Source: Alistipes sp.
Lineage (GTDB): Bacteria; Bacteroidota; Bacteroidia; Bacteroidales; Rikenellaceae
Direction: 5' to 3'
DNA length: 64,000 nt
Assembly (NCBI GenBank): GCA_017555105.1
Contig: JAFZHB010000021.1
Coordinates: 24,929 to 88,928, forward strand
Shown piece after piece: positions 53,910 to 64,000 of the stretch. The number at the start of each line of letters is the position of its first letter. The stretch's first letter is position 1. The notes beneath the pieces are model-generated. The model was not told where the DNA came from. It saw nothing but the letters and a program-made list of their open reading frames with translations, and made no database searches. The position numbers and the translations under genes were made by a program.

Positions 53910-54022
53910 GCCGCAAAGAAAAAAGAAAATTTTTTATTTTTCGTTGGCGGATAAGCAAATAAAGTGTATATTTGCAAACTCAAAAGCGACAAAGATTTAA
54001 TACTAAACAATATATAAGAACT

Positions 54023-54295
54023 ATGACAAAAGCAGATATCGTTAGCGAAATCGCTAAAAGCACCGGCGTTGAGAAGGTGCAGGTTATGGCTATCGTCGAG
54101 GCGTTCATGGACTCGGTAAAGGGTTCGTTGGAGAACGGCCAGAATGTATACCTCCGTGGTTTTGGTAGCTTCATCATCAAGAAGCGTGCAGAGAAGGTGG
54201 CTCGTAACATCTCGAAGAATACGACCATCACGATCCCCGAGCACAACATTCCGGCTTTCAAGCCCGCGAAGAGCTTTGCAACGAAGATTAAATAA
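54023..54295 (+). CDS. HU/IHF-family DNA-binding protein
   Basis: MTKADIV, VYLRGFGSF, ARNISK, PAFKP; TATATTTG promoter at 53967-53974. Confidence 0.95.
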   Translation: MTKADIVSEIAKSTGVEKVQVMAIVEAFMDSVKGSLENGQNVYLRGFGSFIIKKRAEKVARNISKNTTITIPEHNIPAFKPAKSFATKIK

Positions 54296-54322
54296 TTGTA
54301 GAACCTTTAAATATTTACAACT

Positions 54323-54415
54323 ATGCCGAACGGAAAGAAGCATAAGCGTCACAAGATGGCGACTCACAAGCGTAAGAAGCGTCTTCGCAAGAATCGTCAC
54401 AAGAAGAACAAGTAG
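54323..54415 (+). CDS. 30-aa basic protein, bS22/mS38(AURKAIP1/COX24)-like small ribosomal protein; absent from the ORF track
   Basis: MPNGKKHKRHKMATHKRKKRLRKNRHKKNK* with A-rich leader. Confidence 0.85.
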   Translation: MPNGKKHKRHKMATHKRKKRLRKNRHKKNK

Positions 54416-54439
54416 GGTATAGCCCAACACTTCAACACA

Positions 54440-54470
54440 GTAAAGGTAAAGGGTCTCCCTTTACCTTTAC
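54440..54470 (+). terminator. 14-bp perfect hairpin after the bS22-like gene
   Basis: GTAAAGGTAAAGGG-TCT-CCCTTTACCTTTAC. Confidence 0.6.
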
Positions 54471-54712
54471 CTGTTTAAGACTCCGAGGCGGACGAAAAGG
54501 GCTGCAAGCCTGCTCCGAAAAACGAACCGTAGCCTCGTAACCAACTGATTATTTGAAAGTTTGACCGATACTTTCTCGTTAAAAAACGGTCGCTGAATCA
54601 CTTCGGCTCTGTTCTGTCACATAACCCCCATTCCGGCAGCAGAAAGGATAATTGCTGCAGAGGAAGTAGTGAGAAAAGCCTTTCTTTTTGTGGTGAAAGG
54701 TGTAAATTTCAC

Positions 54713-54947
54713 CCCGCAATGGTAGCGGAAGGTATTAAGTTTCGAATCCGACAAGGGAGTCGGAAGATGCCAACTCTGTATCCCGCAAGGTTGGAGGAAG
54801 GCATCAAGTCTGTATCCCGCAAGGGTAGCGGAAGGTATTAAGTTCCGAACCTGACAAGGGTGCTGGAAGATGCCAACTCTGTATCCTGCAAGGGTGGCGG
54901 AAGGCATCAAGTCTGTATCCCGCAAGGGTGATGGAAGGTATCAAGTC
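54713..54947. repeat. Tandem repeat of seven 34-35 bp units in a 103-bp higher-order ABC-ABC-A arrangement
   Basis: A units start at 54713, 54816, 54919; shared core CC..CAAGGG....GGAAG. Confidence 0.88.
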
Positions 54948-55074
54948 CTCCCCTATGAGGGGAGGATTTAGGAGGGGTGGTCAAACCCGTTCATATTTTG
55001 GGTTTGATGAGGATTGAAACAGAATAAGCGCCGAGCAACAATACAATGTATCTGAAAGGGATACACCCCAAAAT

Positions 55075-56628
55075 ATGAACAGAGAACTGATTGTAAATGT
55101 CACTCCTGCGGAGGTCTCGATCGCTTTGTGTGAAGACAAGGTGCTCGTCGAGCTCAACAAGGAGCAGTGTCAGACGGGTTTTGCCGTCGGCGACATCTAC
55201 CTCGGCAAAGTGCGTAAGATTATGCCGGGGCTCAATGCGGCATTTGTCAATATCGGGCATGAGAAAGATGCCTTTATCCACTACTCGGATCTGGGAACAA
55301 ACTTCGCTTCGCTGCAGAAGCTCGTCGGGTCGTTTCAGCCCGGTCGTCGCGGCCTGCGTGTGGAGTCGATGAAGATGGAGCCGGCGCTCGAGAAGAGCGG
55401 CAAGATCGGCTCGTGTGTCCAGGTGGGCGACCTGGTGATGGTGCAGATTGCCAAGGAGGCGATCTCGACCAAGGGTCCGCGCCTGACCGCCGAGCTCTCG
55501 CTGGCGGGTCGCAATGTGGTCCTGGTCCCCTTCTCGCAGAAGGTTTACCTCTCGCAGAAGATCCGCTCGTCGGAGGAGAAGCGTCGTCTGAAGCGCATCG
55601 CTTCGGAGGTTTTGCCGAAGAACTTTGGTGTAATCATCCGCACGGCAGCTGTGGAGGCGAAGGATGAAGATATTGCCAATGACCTGCGCCAGCAGCTCGA
55701 TCGCTGGTATAAGACCTGCGGTACGATCCGCAAGAAGGCGCCCACAGCTCCCGGACAGCTGATGAACGAGATGGGGCGTGCCAATACGATTATCCGCGAC
55801 TCGCTCAACGGCTCCTTCTCGCAGATTGCCGTCAACGACGAGACGCTCTATAAGGAGATCAAGGGCTATGTGGAGGCGATCGATCCGGAGATGGCCAAGA
55901 TTGTGAAGCACTACAAGGGTCAGGTGCCCATCTTCGATAACTTCGATATCTCGAAGCAGATCAAGTCGCTCTTTGCTAAGTATGTATCGCTCAAGCGCGG
56001 TGCCTACTTGATCATCGAGCGCACGGAGGCGATGAATGTCATCGATGTGAACTCGGGTAACCGCACGAAGGCTGAGGATAACCAGGAGCAGACGGCCATG
56101 GAGGTGAACCTGGCTGCGGCGAAGGAGATTGCGCGCCAGTTGCGTCTGCGTGATATGGGAGGCATCGTGATCATCGACTTCATCGACCTGCACAAGGCAG
56201 CCAACAAGCAGGCCCTCTACGAGGAGATGACCCGCCTGATGTCGACGGATAAGGCGAAGCATACGATCCTGCCGCTGACAAAGTTTGGCTTGATGCAGAT
56301 CACGCGACAGCGCGTGCGTCCGCTGGCCGTGGAGGATGTGACGGATGTCTGCCCCACCTGTCAGGGTACGGGTAAGATTGAGCCGACGGTGCTGCTCGAT
56401 AAGAAGATCGAAAACCAGATCTCGCTCCTGACGCTCGATCGAGGCCATAAGTACATCAAGCTCGTGGTGAGCCCCTATGTCGCTTCGTTCCTCACGCGCG
56501 GCCTCTTCTCGCTGCGTCGCCGCTGGCAGTGGCGCTACAAGGCGAAGATCGAGGTGGTGGAGGATCAGAGCACGGGCATCATCGAGGTACACTACCACGA
56601 TAAGAAGGGCAACGATTTGATCAAGTAG
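55075..56628 (+). CDS. rng: Rne/Rng-family ribonuclease
   Basis: VGDIYLGKV, AFVNIG, KGPRLT, IDVNSG, LRLRDMGGIVIIDFID, CPTCQG. Confidence 0.93.
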   Translation: MNRELIVNVTPAEVSIALCEDKVLVELNKEQCQTGFAVGDIYLGKVRKIMPGLNAAFVNIGHEKDAFIHYSDLGTNFASLQKLVGSFQPGRRGLRVESMKMEPALEKSGKIGSCVQVGDLVMVQIAKEAISTKGPRLTAELSLAGRNVVLVPFSQKVYLSQKIRSSEEKRRLKRIASEVLPKNFGVIIRTAAVEAKDEDIANDLRQQLDRWYKTCGTIRKKAPTAPGQLMNEMGRANTIIRDSLNGSFSQIAVNDETLYKEIKGYVEAIDPEMAKIVKHYKGQVPIFDNFDISKQIKSLFAKYVSLKRGAYLIIERTEAMNVIDVNSGNRTKAEDNQEQTAMEVNLAAAKEIARQLRLRDMGGIVIIDFIDLHKAANKQALYEEMTRLMSTDKAKHTILPLTKFGLMQITRQRVRPLAVEDVTDVCPTCQGTGKIEPTVLLDKKIENQISLLTLDRGHKYIKLVVSPYVASFLTRGLFSLRRRWQWRYKAKIEVVEDQSTGIIEVHYHDKKGNDLIK

Positions 56629-56675
56629 GGGAGTGGCCCCATAGGCCTTCCCACTGCATAATTAAATAGCAAAAA

Positions 56676-59600
56676 GTGACTGCACGCGAACAGATGGCGG
56701 CCTTTTTGGCGGAATCGAAACCGCTGAAGAAGCTCTGCCAAGCAATGAAAACCGATGGCGCTACCGTCCACCTCGAAGAGTTGGTCGGCGGTGCGCTTTC
56801 GTTTTATGCGGCAGCCGCTATCGAACGCACGGGAGGCGTACATCTCTTTGTGGCCGACGACCGCGATGCAGCGGCCTACCTGATGAACGACTTCTATCGC
56901 CTGCTCGATGAGGAGCAGGTCTACTTCTTTCCCTCGTCCTATAAGCGCTCGGTGGCCTATGGAGCCGAGGATGCACAGGGTGTTGTGCAGCGCACGGCAG
57001 CGATGGCTGCGGTGCGTAACCACGCTGCGCAGGGAAAGGGATATTGCGTTATCTGTACCTATCCCGAGGCTTTGGCCGAACGCGTGGCCGATGCCGCTAC
57101 GGTGGAGGCTGATACGCTGCGCCTGCGCGTGGGGGATCAGATCCGCATCGAACAGCTCGAAGCAACGCTCGTTGAGTCGGGCTTCACGCGTGTCGATTTT
57201 GTCTATGAGCCCGGTCAGTATTCGATCCGAGGCGGCATTGTCGATCTCTTCTCCTATGTCGAGAGCAAACCCTACCGATTGGACTTTTTTGACGATGAGA
57301 TCGAGTCGATCCGTCGCTTTGAGATCTCGAGCCAGCTCTCGGCCGACCGCCTGGAGGAGGTGGAGATCATCCCCGATCTGAGTGCGCGCGATGCGCAGGG
57401 TGAGCGCGTCTCGTTGGCGCGTTTTGCCGGTCGGGAGGCGATGTGGTGGTGCTACGATGCCGATAGCGTGTTGCGTCGCGTGAATGATATTCGCAAACGC
57501 ACGCTCTCCGACCTGGATGAGCCGATCGAGATCGACCACCTCTTGACCTCGCGCCACGGACTGCTCGAGGATCTGGCCGAGAACCGCCTCATCCTCTTGC
57601 GTGATAACCTGCCGGAGCGTCCTGCTGCGGAGAAGATCACCTGCTCGACCCAGCCCCAGCCGAAGTTTAACAAGAACTTCGAGGTATTGGCCGACGATAT
57701 GATTCGCAATGCACTGCGAGGCTACAAAACCTATATCCTCTCGGAGAATAAGGTGCAGGTCGAGCGTTTGGAGAACATCTTCCACCAGATTGGTCGCGGT
57801 CAGGCCGTTGTGCGCCCGATCCAGCTCACGCTGCGCGAGGGTTTTGTCGATAACGACCTGAAGATCTGCCTCTATACGGATCATCAGATCTTCGATCGCT
57901 ACCAGCGCTATCGCATCAACGGTGAGATCAAGCGCGACGAGCAGATGACCATCGCCGAGCTCAATCAGTTGCGCCCGGGCGACTATGTGGTGCACATCGA
58001 CCACGGTGTTGGACGCTTCGACGGCTTGGTGAAGATTGTCGAGAACGGCAAGGCGCACGAGTCGATTAAGCTGGTCTATAAGGATGGCGATGTGCTCTTT
58101 GTGAATGTCCACTCGTTGCACCGCATTGCGCGCTATAAGTCGGGCGACGGAGAGCCGCCGAAGATCTATAAACTGGGTACGGGTGCTTGGCAGAAGCTCA
58201 AGAATGCCACCAAGAAGGCCGTAAAGGATATCTCGCGCCAGCTCATTGCGCTCTATGCTCGTCGCAAGGCCTCGAAGGGCTTTGCCTTTACGCCCGACAG
58301 CTACCTGCAACACGAGTTGGAGGCCTCGTTCCAGTATGAGGATACGCCTGATCAGCAGGCTGCCGTAGCCGCCGTGAAGCGGGATATGGAGTCCTCGGAG
58401 CCGATGGATCGCCTGGTTTGTGGCGATGTGGGCTTCGGTAAGACGGAGGTGGCCATTCGAGCCGCCTTTAAGGCTGCGACCGACGGAAAGCAAGTCGCCG
58501 TGCTGGTGCCGACGACGATCCTGGCCCTGCAACACTACCGCTCCTTCTCGGAGCGTCTGCGCGGCTTCCCGGTGACGATCGAGTACCTGAACCGCACGAA
58601 GACCGCCAAGGAGGTGCGCCAGATCGCCGAGGATCTGGCTTCGGGCAAGATCGATATCCTGATCGGTACGCACAAGATGCTCGGCAAGCAGATCCGCTTC
58701 CGCGATCTGGGTCTGCTGATTATTGACGAGGAGCAGAAGTTTGGTGTGGCAGCCAAGGAGAAGCTGACCGAGATGAGTATCTCGGTCGATACGCTGACCT
58801 TGACAGCAACCCCCATCCCGCGTACCCTGCAGTTCTCGCTGATGGGCTCGCGCGACCTCTCGGTGATCTCCACGCCACCCCCCAATCGTCAACCCATCCA
58901 GACCGAGTCGCATGCCTTCTCCGAGGAGATCATCCGCGATGCCGTGGAGCAGGAGCTGGCGCGTGGCGGACAGCTCTACTTTGTCCACAACCGCGTGGAG
59001 GATCTGCTCACGATGCAGGGACTCATCACACGCCTCTGCCCGAAGGCTCGCGTGGGAGTAGGCCACGGCAAGATGCCGGCCGAGCAGCTGGAGAAGCTGA
59101 TCATGGACTTTATCTATGGCGAGTTCGATGTTTTGCTCTCGACGACGATTGTGGAGAACGGTATCGACATCGCCAACGCGAATACGATCATTATCAACAA
59201 TGCGCAGAACTTCGGTCTGAGCGACCTGCACCAGCTGCGTGGTCGTGTCGGCCGATCGAACAAGAAGGGCTACTGCTACCTGCTCTCTCCGCCCGATGAA
59301 CTGCTTACGGCCGATGCGCGCCGTCGTCTGCGCGCCATCGAGGAGTTCTCGGAGCTTGGCTCGGGCTTCAATATAGCGATGCAGGACCTCGATATCCGCG
59401 GTGCGGGTAACCTGCTCGGTGCCGAGCAGAGCGGCTTTATTACGGACATTGGCTTCGAGACCTATCAGAAGATTCTCAACGAGGCGATTGCTGAGTTGCG
59501 CCAGGAGGGATTGCTCATCCCCGGCATCAACGAGAAAGAGCAAGAGGTGGTCGATGGCCTGCGCTTCATCGAGGATGCCCACATCGACATCGAGGTGGAG

Positions 59601-60014
59601 GCTGGTCTGCCCGACAGCTATGTGGCACAGCAGGCCGAGCGCCTGAAGCTCTACCGCGAGCTCGACTCGTTGAAGGACGAGGAGGCGCTCCAAGCCTTCG
59701 AGGGCCGTCTCGCCGACCGCTTTGGTGCCTTGCCCCGTGCGGCGCAGGAGCTCTTGAATGTCGTGCGCCTGCGTTGGGAGGCAATTCGCCTCGGCATGGA
59801 GCGCGTGAAGGTCAAGAATGGCTTGATGATCGTCCACTTTGTGGGTGAGCAGAACTCGCCCTACTACCAGAGCGAGATCTTCCGCACGCTGCTGCAGCGT
59901 GTGGTGCAGCGCCCCGACCGTTTTGTGCTCAAGCAGCACAATAATCGTTTGGCGATGACCGTTAGAAACACAAAGGACATCGAAGATGCCTGGAAAACTT
60001 TGCGTGCATTGTGA
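56676..60014 (+). CDS. mfd: Transcription-repair coupling factor
   Basis: GDYVVHIDHGVG, CGDVGFGKTEVA, DEEQKFGV, TATPIPRTL, QLRGRVGR. Confidence 0.97.
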   Translation: MTAREQMAAFLAESKPLKKLCQAMKTDGATVHLEELVGGALSFYAAAAIERTGGVHLFVADDRDAAAYLMNDFYRLLDEEQVYFFPSSYKRSVAYGAEDAQGVVQRTAAMAAVRNHAAQGKGYCVICTYPEALAERVADAATVEADTLRLRVGDQIRIEQLEATLVESGFTRVDFVYEPGQYSIRGGIVDLFSYVESKPYRLDFFDDEIESIRRFEISSQLSADRLEEVEIIPDLSARDAQGERVSLARFAGREAMWWCYDADSVLRRVNDIRKRTLSDLDEPIEIDHLLTSRHGLLEDLAENRLILLRDNLPERPAAEKITCSTQPQPKFNKNFEVLADDMIRNALRGYKTYILSENKVQVERLENIFHQIGRGQAVVRPIQLTLREGFVDNDLKICLYTDHQIFDRYQRYRINGEIKRDEQMTIAELNQLRPGDYVVHIDHGVGRFDGLVKIVENGKAHESIKLVYKDGDVLFVNVHSLHRIARYKSGDGEPPKIYKLGTGAWQKLKNATKKAVKDISRQLIALYARRKASKGFAFTPDSYLQHELEASFQYEDTPDQQAAVAAVKRDMESSEPMDRLVCGDVGFGKTEVAIRAAFKAATDGKQVAVLVPTTILALQHYRSFSERLRGFPVTIEYLNRTKTAKEVRQIAEDLASGKIDILIGTHKMLGKQIRFRDLGLLIIDEEQKFGVAAKEKLTEMSISVDTLTLTATPIPRTLQFSLMGSRDLSVISTPPPNRQPIQTESHAFSEEIIRDAVEQELARGGQLYFVHNRVEDLLTMQGLITRLCPKARVGVGHGKMPAEQLEKLIMDFIYGEFDVLLSTTIVENGIDIANANTIIINNAQNFGLSDLHQLRGRVGRSNKKGYCYLLSPPDELLTADARRRLRAIEEFSELGSGFNIAMQDLDIRGAGNLLGAEQSGFITDIGFETYQKILNEAIAELRQEGLLIPGINEKEQEVVDGLRFIEDAHIDIEVEAGLPDSYVAQQAERLKLYRELDSLKDEEALQAFEGRLADRFGALPRAAQELLNVVRLRWEAIRLGMERVKVKNGLMIVHFVGEQNSPYYQSEIFRTLLQRVVQRPDRFVLKQHNNRLAMTVRNTKDIEDAWKTLRAL

Positions 60015-60748
60015 TGAATCTCTTGGTTGATATAGGCAATACGCGCACGAAGTGGGCGGTGATGACTGCCGCGGGCGAGTTGCTTGCGCAGGGGGTGGAT
60101 GAGCTGGATCGCACCCTGCTCGACGGGCTCTTTGCGCGTTATGCTTTGCGGCGTGCTATGGTCACCTCTACCCGCGGTTCGGCGGTCGAGGAGGTGGCAC
60201 TGTTGCGTGACTATAGCTGTGAGACACTGCTATTTACGGCCGATACACCCGTTCCGATCGGGATCGATTACCTGACACCCGAGACGCTGGGGCGCGATCG
60301 TGTGGCGGCGGCTGTGGGTGCGTGGGCTCGCTTCCCGGGACGCGCCTGCCTGGTGGCCGATTTCGGTACGGCGCTGACGATCGACTACCTTTCGTCGGAT
60401 GGTGTATTTCACGGAGGAGCCATCTCGCTCGGGGTCTCGAACCGCTTGCGGGCGTTGCACGAATATACGGCTGCGCTGCCCCTTTGCGCGATGAGCGAGG
60501 AGGAGGTTTTGCTGGGGCGTTCGACGCGTGAGGCGATCGAGCAGGGTGTGATGAACTCCGTGCAGTTCGAGTTGGAGGGATATATCGAACGAATGAGCAA
60601 AAAAAATGCCGATTTATGCGTGATTTTTACGGGTGGAGAGGCAAAATACTTTGAGAAACGAATTAAAAATACGATCTTTGCAGAACCGAATTTAGTGTTT
60701 TGCGGGTTAAACCGAATTTTAGAATACAATGCAACAACTGAAAAGTAG
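60011..60748 (+). CDS. coaX: Type III pantothenate kinase
   Basis: DIGNTRTK, LGRDR, DFGTALT, TGG. Confidence 0.93.
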   Translation: MMNLLVDIGNTRTKWAVMTAAGELLAQGVDELDRTLLDGLFARYALRRAMVTSTRGSAVEEVALLRDYSCETLLFTADTPVPIGIDYLTPETLGRDRVAAAVGAWARFPGRACLVADFGTALTIDYLSSDGVFHGGAISLGVSNRLRALHEYTAALPLCAMSEEEVLLGRSTREAIEQGVMNSVQFELEGYIERMSKKNADLCVIFTGGEAKYFEKRIKNTIFAEPNLVFCGLNRILEYNATTEK

Positions 60749-62108
60749 ATGGTATAAGCTTCTCGCTGTGGTAGCGGTGGTATTTCTTACCACGAACGCT
60801 CTGGCGCAGACCAGCAGTATCAATGCCTTCTCTCCCTATACGATGTACGGCATCGGCGAGATCAATACGCCGGGAACGCTCCAGATCCGCTCGATGGGCG
60901 GTGCGGGTGTCGCTATGCGCCAGGTGGGTGCAATCAACCTGCTGAACCCGGCTTCGTTCAGCCTCGTTTCGCGTAAGAGTTTCATGCTCGACTTCGGTAT
61001 GGAGGGTCAGAACTACTACAACAAGCAGACCGCAGAGGGTGTGGCGAAGAAGTCGGCTTACAACAGCTTCAATATTCGCGAGTTCGCCTTCCTCATGCCG
61101 CTCTATAAGAACCTCGGTTTGGCTTTCAGCGTTACGCCTTACAGCTCGGTGGGCTACCGCATGAACTACGACCACCACTACGATCCGAACGATCCGGTGT
61201 GGGGTAATGTGGGTCGCGTGAACTACTCCTATCAGGGCGAGGGCGATGTGACGGAGGTGAAGCTTGGTCTGGGCTATGAGCTCTTTAAGAACTTCTCGTT
61301 GGGTGTGGCTGCGCAGTACTACTGGGGCGATATTGATCGCACCTTCTCGATGTACCCCGTGTCGATAGTGGGCGGCAGCTCGCATGGGCAGGTGGTCGGT
61401 GAGAGCCAGTATGCGATCTCGCGCATCAAGGGCCAGGTGGGCTTCCAGTGGAATGTGCTCGAGACCTCGCGCCGTCTGCTGACGATCGGTGCTACCTACG
61501 ACCTGGGTGGCGATCTGAGCCCGGAGGTGTCGACCGATATCTATGCCAACGACCTCTACAACACGACCGTACAGGGTGATACGACCCATCTGGAGATGCG
61601 CCTGCCGCGTCAGGTTGCTGTGGGTGTTTCGTATCAGACGAGCCAGTGGCTGCTCTCGGCCGACTATGTATACCAGGATTGGGCGTCGAATGGCCGCACG
61701 GAGCTTACGGGTGCAAATGCCGTAACGGGTGCTTCGATGCAGGTTCGCTATGTGGATACGCACATGTTGCGTTTCGGCGTGGAGTTGACCCCCGGCCGTT
61801 ACGATGTGCGCCGCTTCTGGAAGCGTTGGTCCTATCGTGCCGGTCTGCGTTTCGGTACGCACAACCAGTCGTTCGATGGGCAGAAACTGAATGAGATGGC
61901 CGCAACGCTTGGTATGCGTGTCCCCTTCAAGTTTATGGGTGTCTCGTCGGTCGATCTGGGTGTAGAGTATGGTCGTCGTGGATACAATGTGGCCGAGCGC
62001 GTCGGCTTGGTGCGTCAGGAGTACTTCAAGTTCGCGATTGGCTTCACGCTCTTTGCTTCGGCGACCGAGAACCACGAGTATTGGTTCATGCGACCCAAAT
62101 ATGATTAA
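60729..62108 (+). CDS. Outer membrane beta-barrel protein (OmpP1/FadL-like)
   Basis: Signal peptide, SPYTMYGIG, MGGAG, NPAS, PYSSVGY, ends WFMRPKYD. Confidence 0.75.
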   Translation: MQQLKSRWYKLLAVVAVVFLTTNALAQTSSINAFSPYTMYGIGEINTPGTLQIRSMGGAGVAMRQVGAINLLNPASFSLVSRKSFMLDFGMEGQNYYNKQTAEGVAKKSAYNSFNIREFAFLMPLYKNLGLAFSVTPYSSVGYRMNYDHHYDPNDPVWGNVGRVNYSYQGEGDVTEVKLGLGYELFKNFSLGVAAQYYWGDIDRTFSMYPVSIVGGSSHGQVVGESQYAISRIKGQVGFQWNVLETSRRLLTIGATYDLGGDLSPEVSTDIYANDLYNTTVQGDTTHLEMRLPRQVAVGVSYQTSQWLLSADYVYQDWASNGRTELTGANAVTGASMQVRYVDTHMLRFGVELTPGRYDVRRFWKRWSYRAGLRFGTHNQSFDGQKLNEMAATLGMRVPFKFMGVSSVDLGVEYGRRGYNVAERVGLVRQEYFKFAIGFTLFASATENHEYWFMRPKYD

Positions 62109-62155
62109 TCTTCAAGGAAGAAATAGAGTATATAATAGATCAAAAATTAATCGAC

Positions 62156-63490
62156 ATGAAAAGTTTTAAGATTCTTTTGACCGCTGCTTTTGCACTGGTT
62201 TCGGCTTCGGCCTTGGCGCAGGATTTCAGCGCACCGCAGTTTGCTCGTTGGGGTGATACGCCAGAGGAGCGTAAGGAGAATGTACTGCGCAGCAACTACC
62301 TGAAGGAGTCGATCAGCAACCGCGACTACAACGCCGCTGCCGGTTACTTCCAGGCTTTGGTAGCTAATCGTCCTGCCGCTACGGTGAACACCTACAAGTA
62401 TGGTGTGCGCATCTACCGTGCGAAGATCAACCGTGCGACTTCGGTTGCTCAGAAGAAGCAGATGATCGACTCGCTGATGCTGGTCTATGATCTGCGTGCC
62501 GAGTACTTCGGTGACGATGTGAAGGAGGGCAAGGCTGTGATCCTCGACCTGAAGGCTCGCGACATGCTCAACTTCAACAGCAACGATCGCGCTGCGATCC
62601 GCAACGCTTTCCGTGCAGCAATCGAGGCCGGTGGCGAGCAGACGAATCCGGAGACGGTGTTGGTTTACTTCACCAACCTCTGCGAGGATTACAAGAACAC
62701 GGACGAGGTGATGCCCGAGGAGATCATCGCCGAGTATGACCGTCTGGGTAGCTTCTTCCAGGCTCCCGAGCAGCTCTCGTTCAAGGAGCAGTTCGATGCA
62801 GCCTTCGGTAAGAGCGAGGCCGCTAACTGCGAGAACCTCGAGAAGCTCTTCCGTGCAAAGCTCGAGCAGGATCCGAACAACGCTGACCTGCTGGCAGAGG
62901 CTGTACGCCTGATGACGCGTGCTAAGTGCGACAGCGACTTCTACTTCGAGGTTGCCGAGAAGTCGTACGAGGTAGCTCCTACGGCACAGATGGCTATCTA
63001 CCTGGCTCAGTCGTTCAAAAATAAGGGTGACTACGAGAAGGCCTCGAAGTACTTGAACGCTTCGCTCGCCACGGAGGAGGATCCCGCAGAGCGTCAGAAG
63101 CTGCTGACGCAGATCGCTGTGGTTGAGTTGGTTGCCAACAACATCTCGGCTGCTGCCAAGGCTGCTCGTGAGGCGATCGAGCTCAACGCCGAGGACGGTG
63201 TACCCGTATTCGTGCTGGCTCAGTGCTACAGCATCTCGGCTTCGTCGTGCGGTGAGGCGTTCTCGCGCCAGGCTGCAATGTGGGCTGCTTACGACACGAT
63301 GGCTAAGGCTATTGCACTGCTGGAGAACAATCCCGAGTACCTCGAGACGGCCAAGACGGCTGCTGCTAACTTCCGTGCCAGCTTCCCCAGCCAGGAGGAG
63401 TGCTTCATGCGCGACCTGAAGGTGGGTAGCTCGTACCGCGTAGATTGTGGTCTTGCCAGCGGCATCATGACGACCGTACGCCCCCGCTAA
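62156..63490 (+). CDS. Exported tetratricopeptide repeat protein
   Basis: Signal peptide, helical repeats, FPSQEECF...TTVR end; conserved position before lptC. Confidence 0.72.
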   Translation: MKSFKILLTAAFALVSASALAQDFSAPQFARWGDTPEERKENVLRSNYLKESISNRDYNAAAGYFQALVANRPAATVNTYKYGVRIYRAKINRATSVAQKKQMIDSLMLVYDLRAEYFGDDVKEGKAVILDLKARDMLNFNSNDRAAIRNAFRAAIEAGGEQTNPETVLVYFTNLCEDYKNTDEVMPEEIIAEYDRLGSFFQAPEQLSFKEQFDAAFGKSEAANCENLEKLFRAKLEQDPNNADLLAEAVRLMTRAKCDSDFYFEVAEKSYEVAPTAQMAIYLAQSFKNKGDYEKASKYLNASLATEEDPAERQKLLTQIAVVELVANNISAAAKAAREAIELNAEDGVPVFVLAQCYSISASSCGEAFSRQAAMWAAYDTMAKAIALLENNPEYLETAKTAAANFRASFPSQEECFMRDLKVGSSYRVDCGLASGIMTTVRPR

Positions 63491-63528
63491 TCGGGCGTAG
63501 GTCTTTGAACTGAATCTGTCTATCCGGT

Positions 63529-64000
63529 ATGCATTGCCAGATTACACGCAGTATACGAGTAGCACTCCTCTTTATGGGGAGTGCTATCTTGCTATTCTCG
63601 TGTGGGGGCGAAACGCAGACCGAGGTGCGCAAGGTCGAGACGGCGCTCATGACCGAGTATAGCGAAAACCTCTCGATTGTCATGTCGCAGAACGGCCGTC
63701 GTTCCTATTTCTTCGAGACCCCGCTCTTGGAGGGTTATACGCTTGGTAGCGAGCCCTACCGCGAGTTCCGCAAGGGTATCAAGATCACGACCTATCAGGA
63801 CGACTCGCTCACGACGGTCAATGCCGTCTTGACGGCGAACTATGCCATCTACTACGAACAGCGTCAGCTGTGGGAGGCTAAGGGTAATGTCGAGGTGCAT
63901 AAGCAAGACGGCACGGAGGTCTATACGCAGCAGCTCTTTTGGAATGCGCAGACCAAGCAGATCTACTCGAATGTCGATACGAAGCTTGTGCGCGGAAACA
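63529..64000 (+). CDS. lptC: LPS export ABC transporter periplasmic protein LptC, 3' truncated
   Basis: Open frame to window end: lipobox LFS-C, EFRKGI, LTANYAIYYE, WEAKGNV, TQQLFWN, IYSN. Confidence 0.82.
   Translation, partial: MHCQITRSIRVALLFMGSAILLFSCGGETQTEVRKVETALMTEYSENLSIVMSQNGRRSYFFETPLLEGYTLGSEPYREFRKGIKITTYQDDSLTTVNAVLTANYAIYYEQRQLWEAKGNVEVHKQDGTEVYTQQLFWNAQTKQIYSNVDTKLVRGN

Noticed and set aside
54617-54925. 102-aa ORF across the tandem repeat
   Set aside because: Repeat period is not a multiple of three and the translation has no coherent protein signal.

Overview
High-GC Bacteroidota chromosome segment, most like Rikenellaceae/Alistipes (TAnnTTTG promoters, SusC/SusD, PorX, no obvious Shine-Dalgarno sites). 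It is mostly housekeeping: nrdJ end, ompA, recF, ribH, folB, tyrS, dnaX, clpB, infC-thrS, pdxA, rnz, trxB, slyD, gcvP, rpsA, a second Clp ATPase, tRNA-Val and tRNA-Asn, nfnAB, susCD, porX-tsaE, HU, bS22-like, rng, mfd, coaX and lptC. The standout is a ~2 kb accessory islet between slyD and gcvP (about 29.3-31.3 kb). It holds nine co-oriented copies of a 20-bp palindrome, GGGTATT(G/A)TTTTTAATACCC, separated by ~50-bp diverged spacers. No cas gene is present. A small HTH gene sits inside the array and one repeat lies in its promoter. A long rod-like RNA candidate and a lower-GC lipoprotein gene follow. Other items of note are a kinase-WG / DUF4954 / vWA / pseudokinase-WG cluster, a higher-order 34-35 bp tandem repeat before rng, a four-way-junction element upstream of dnaX, a dnaX A10 slippage site and a non-ATG infC start. 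All family assignments come from motif recognition; no searches were run.
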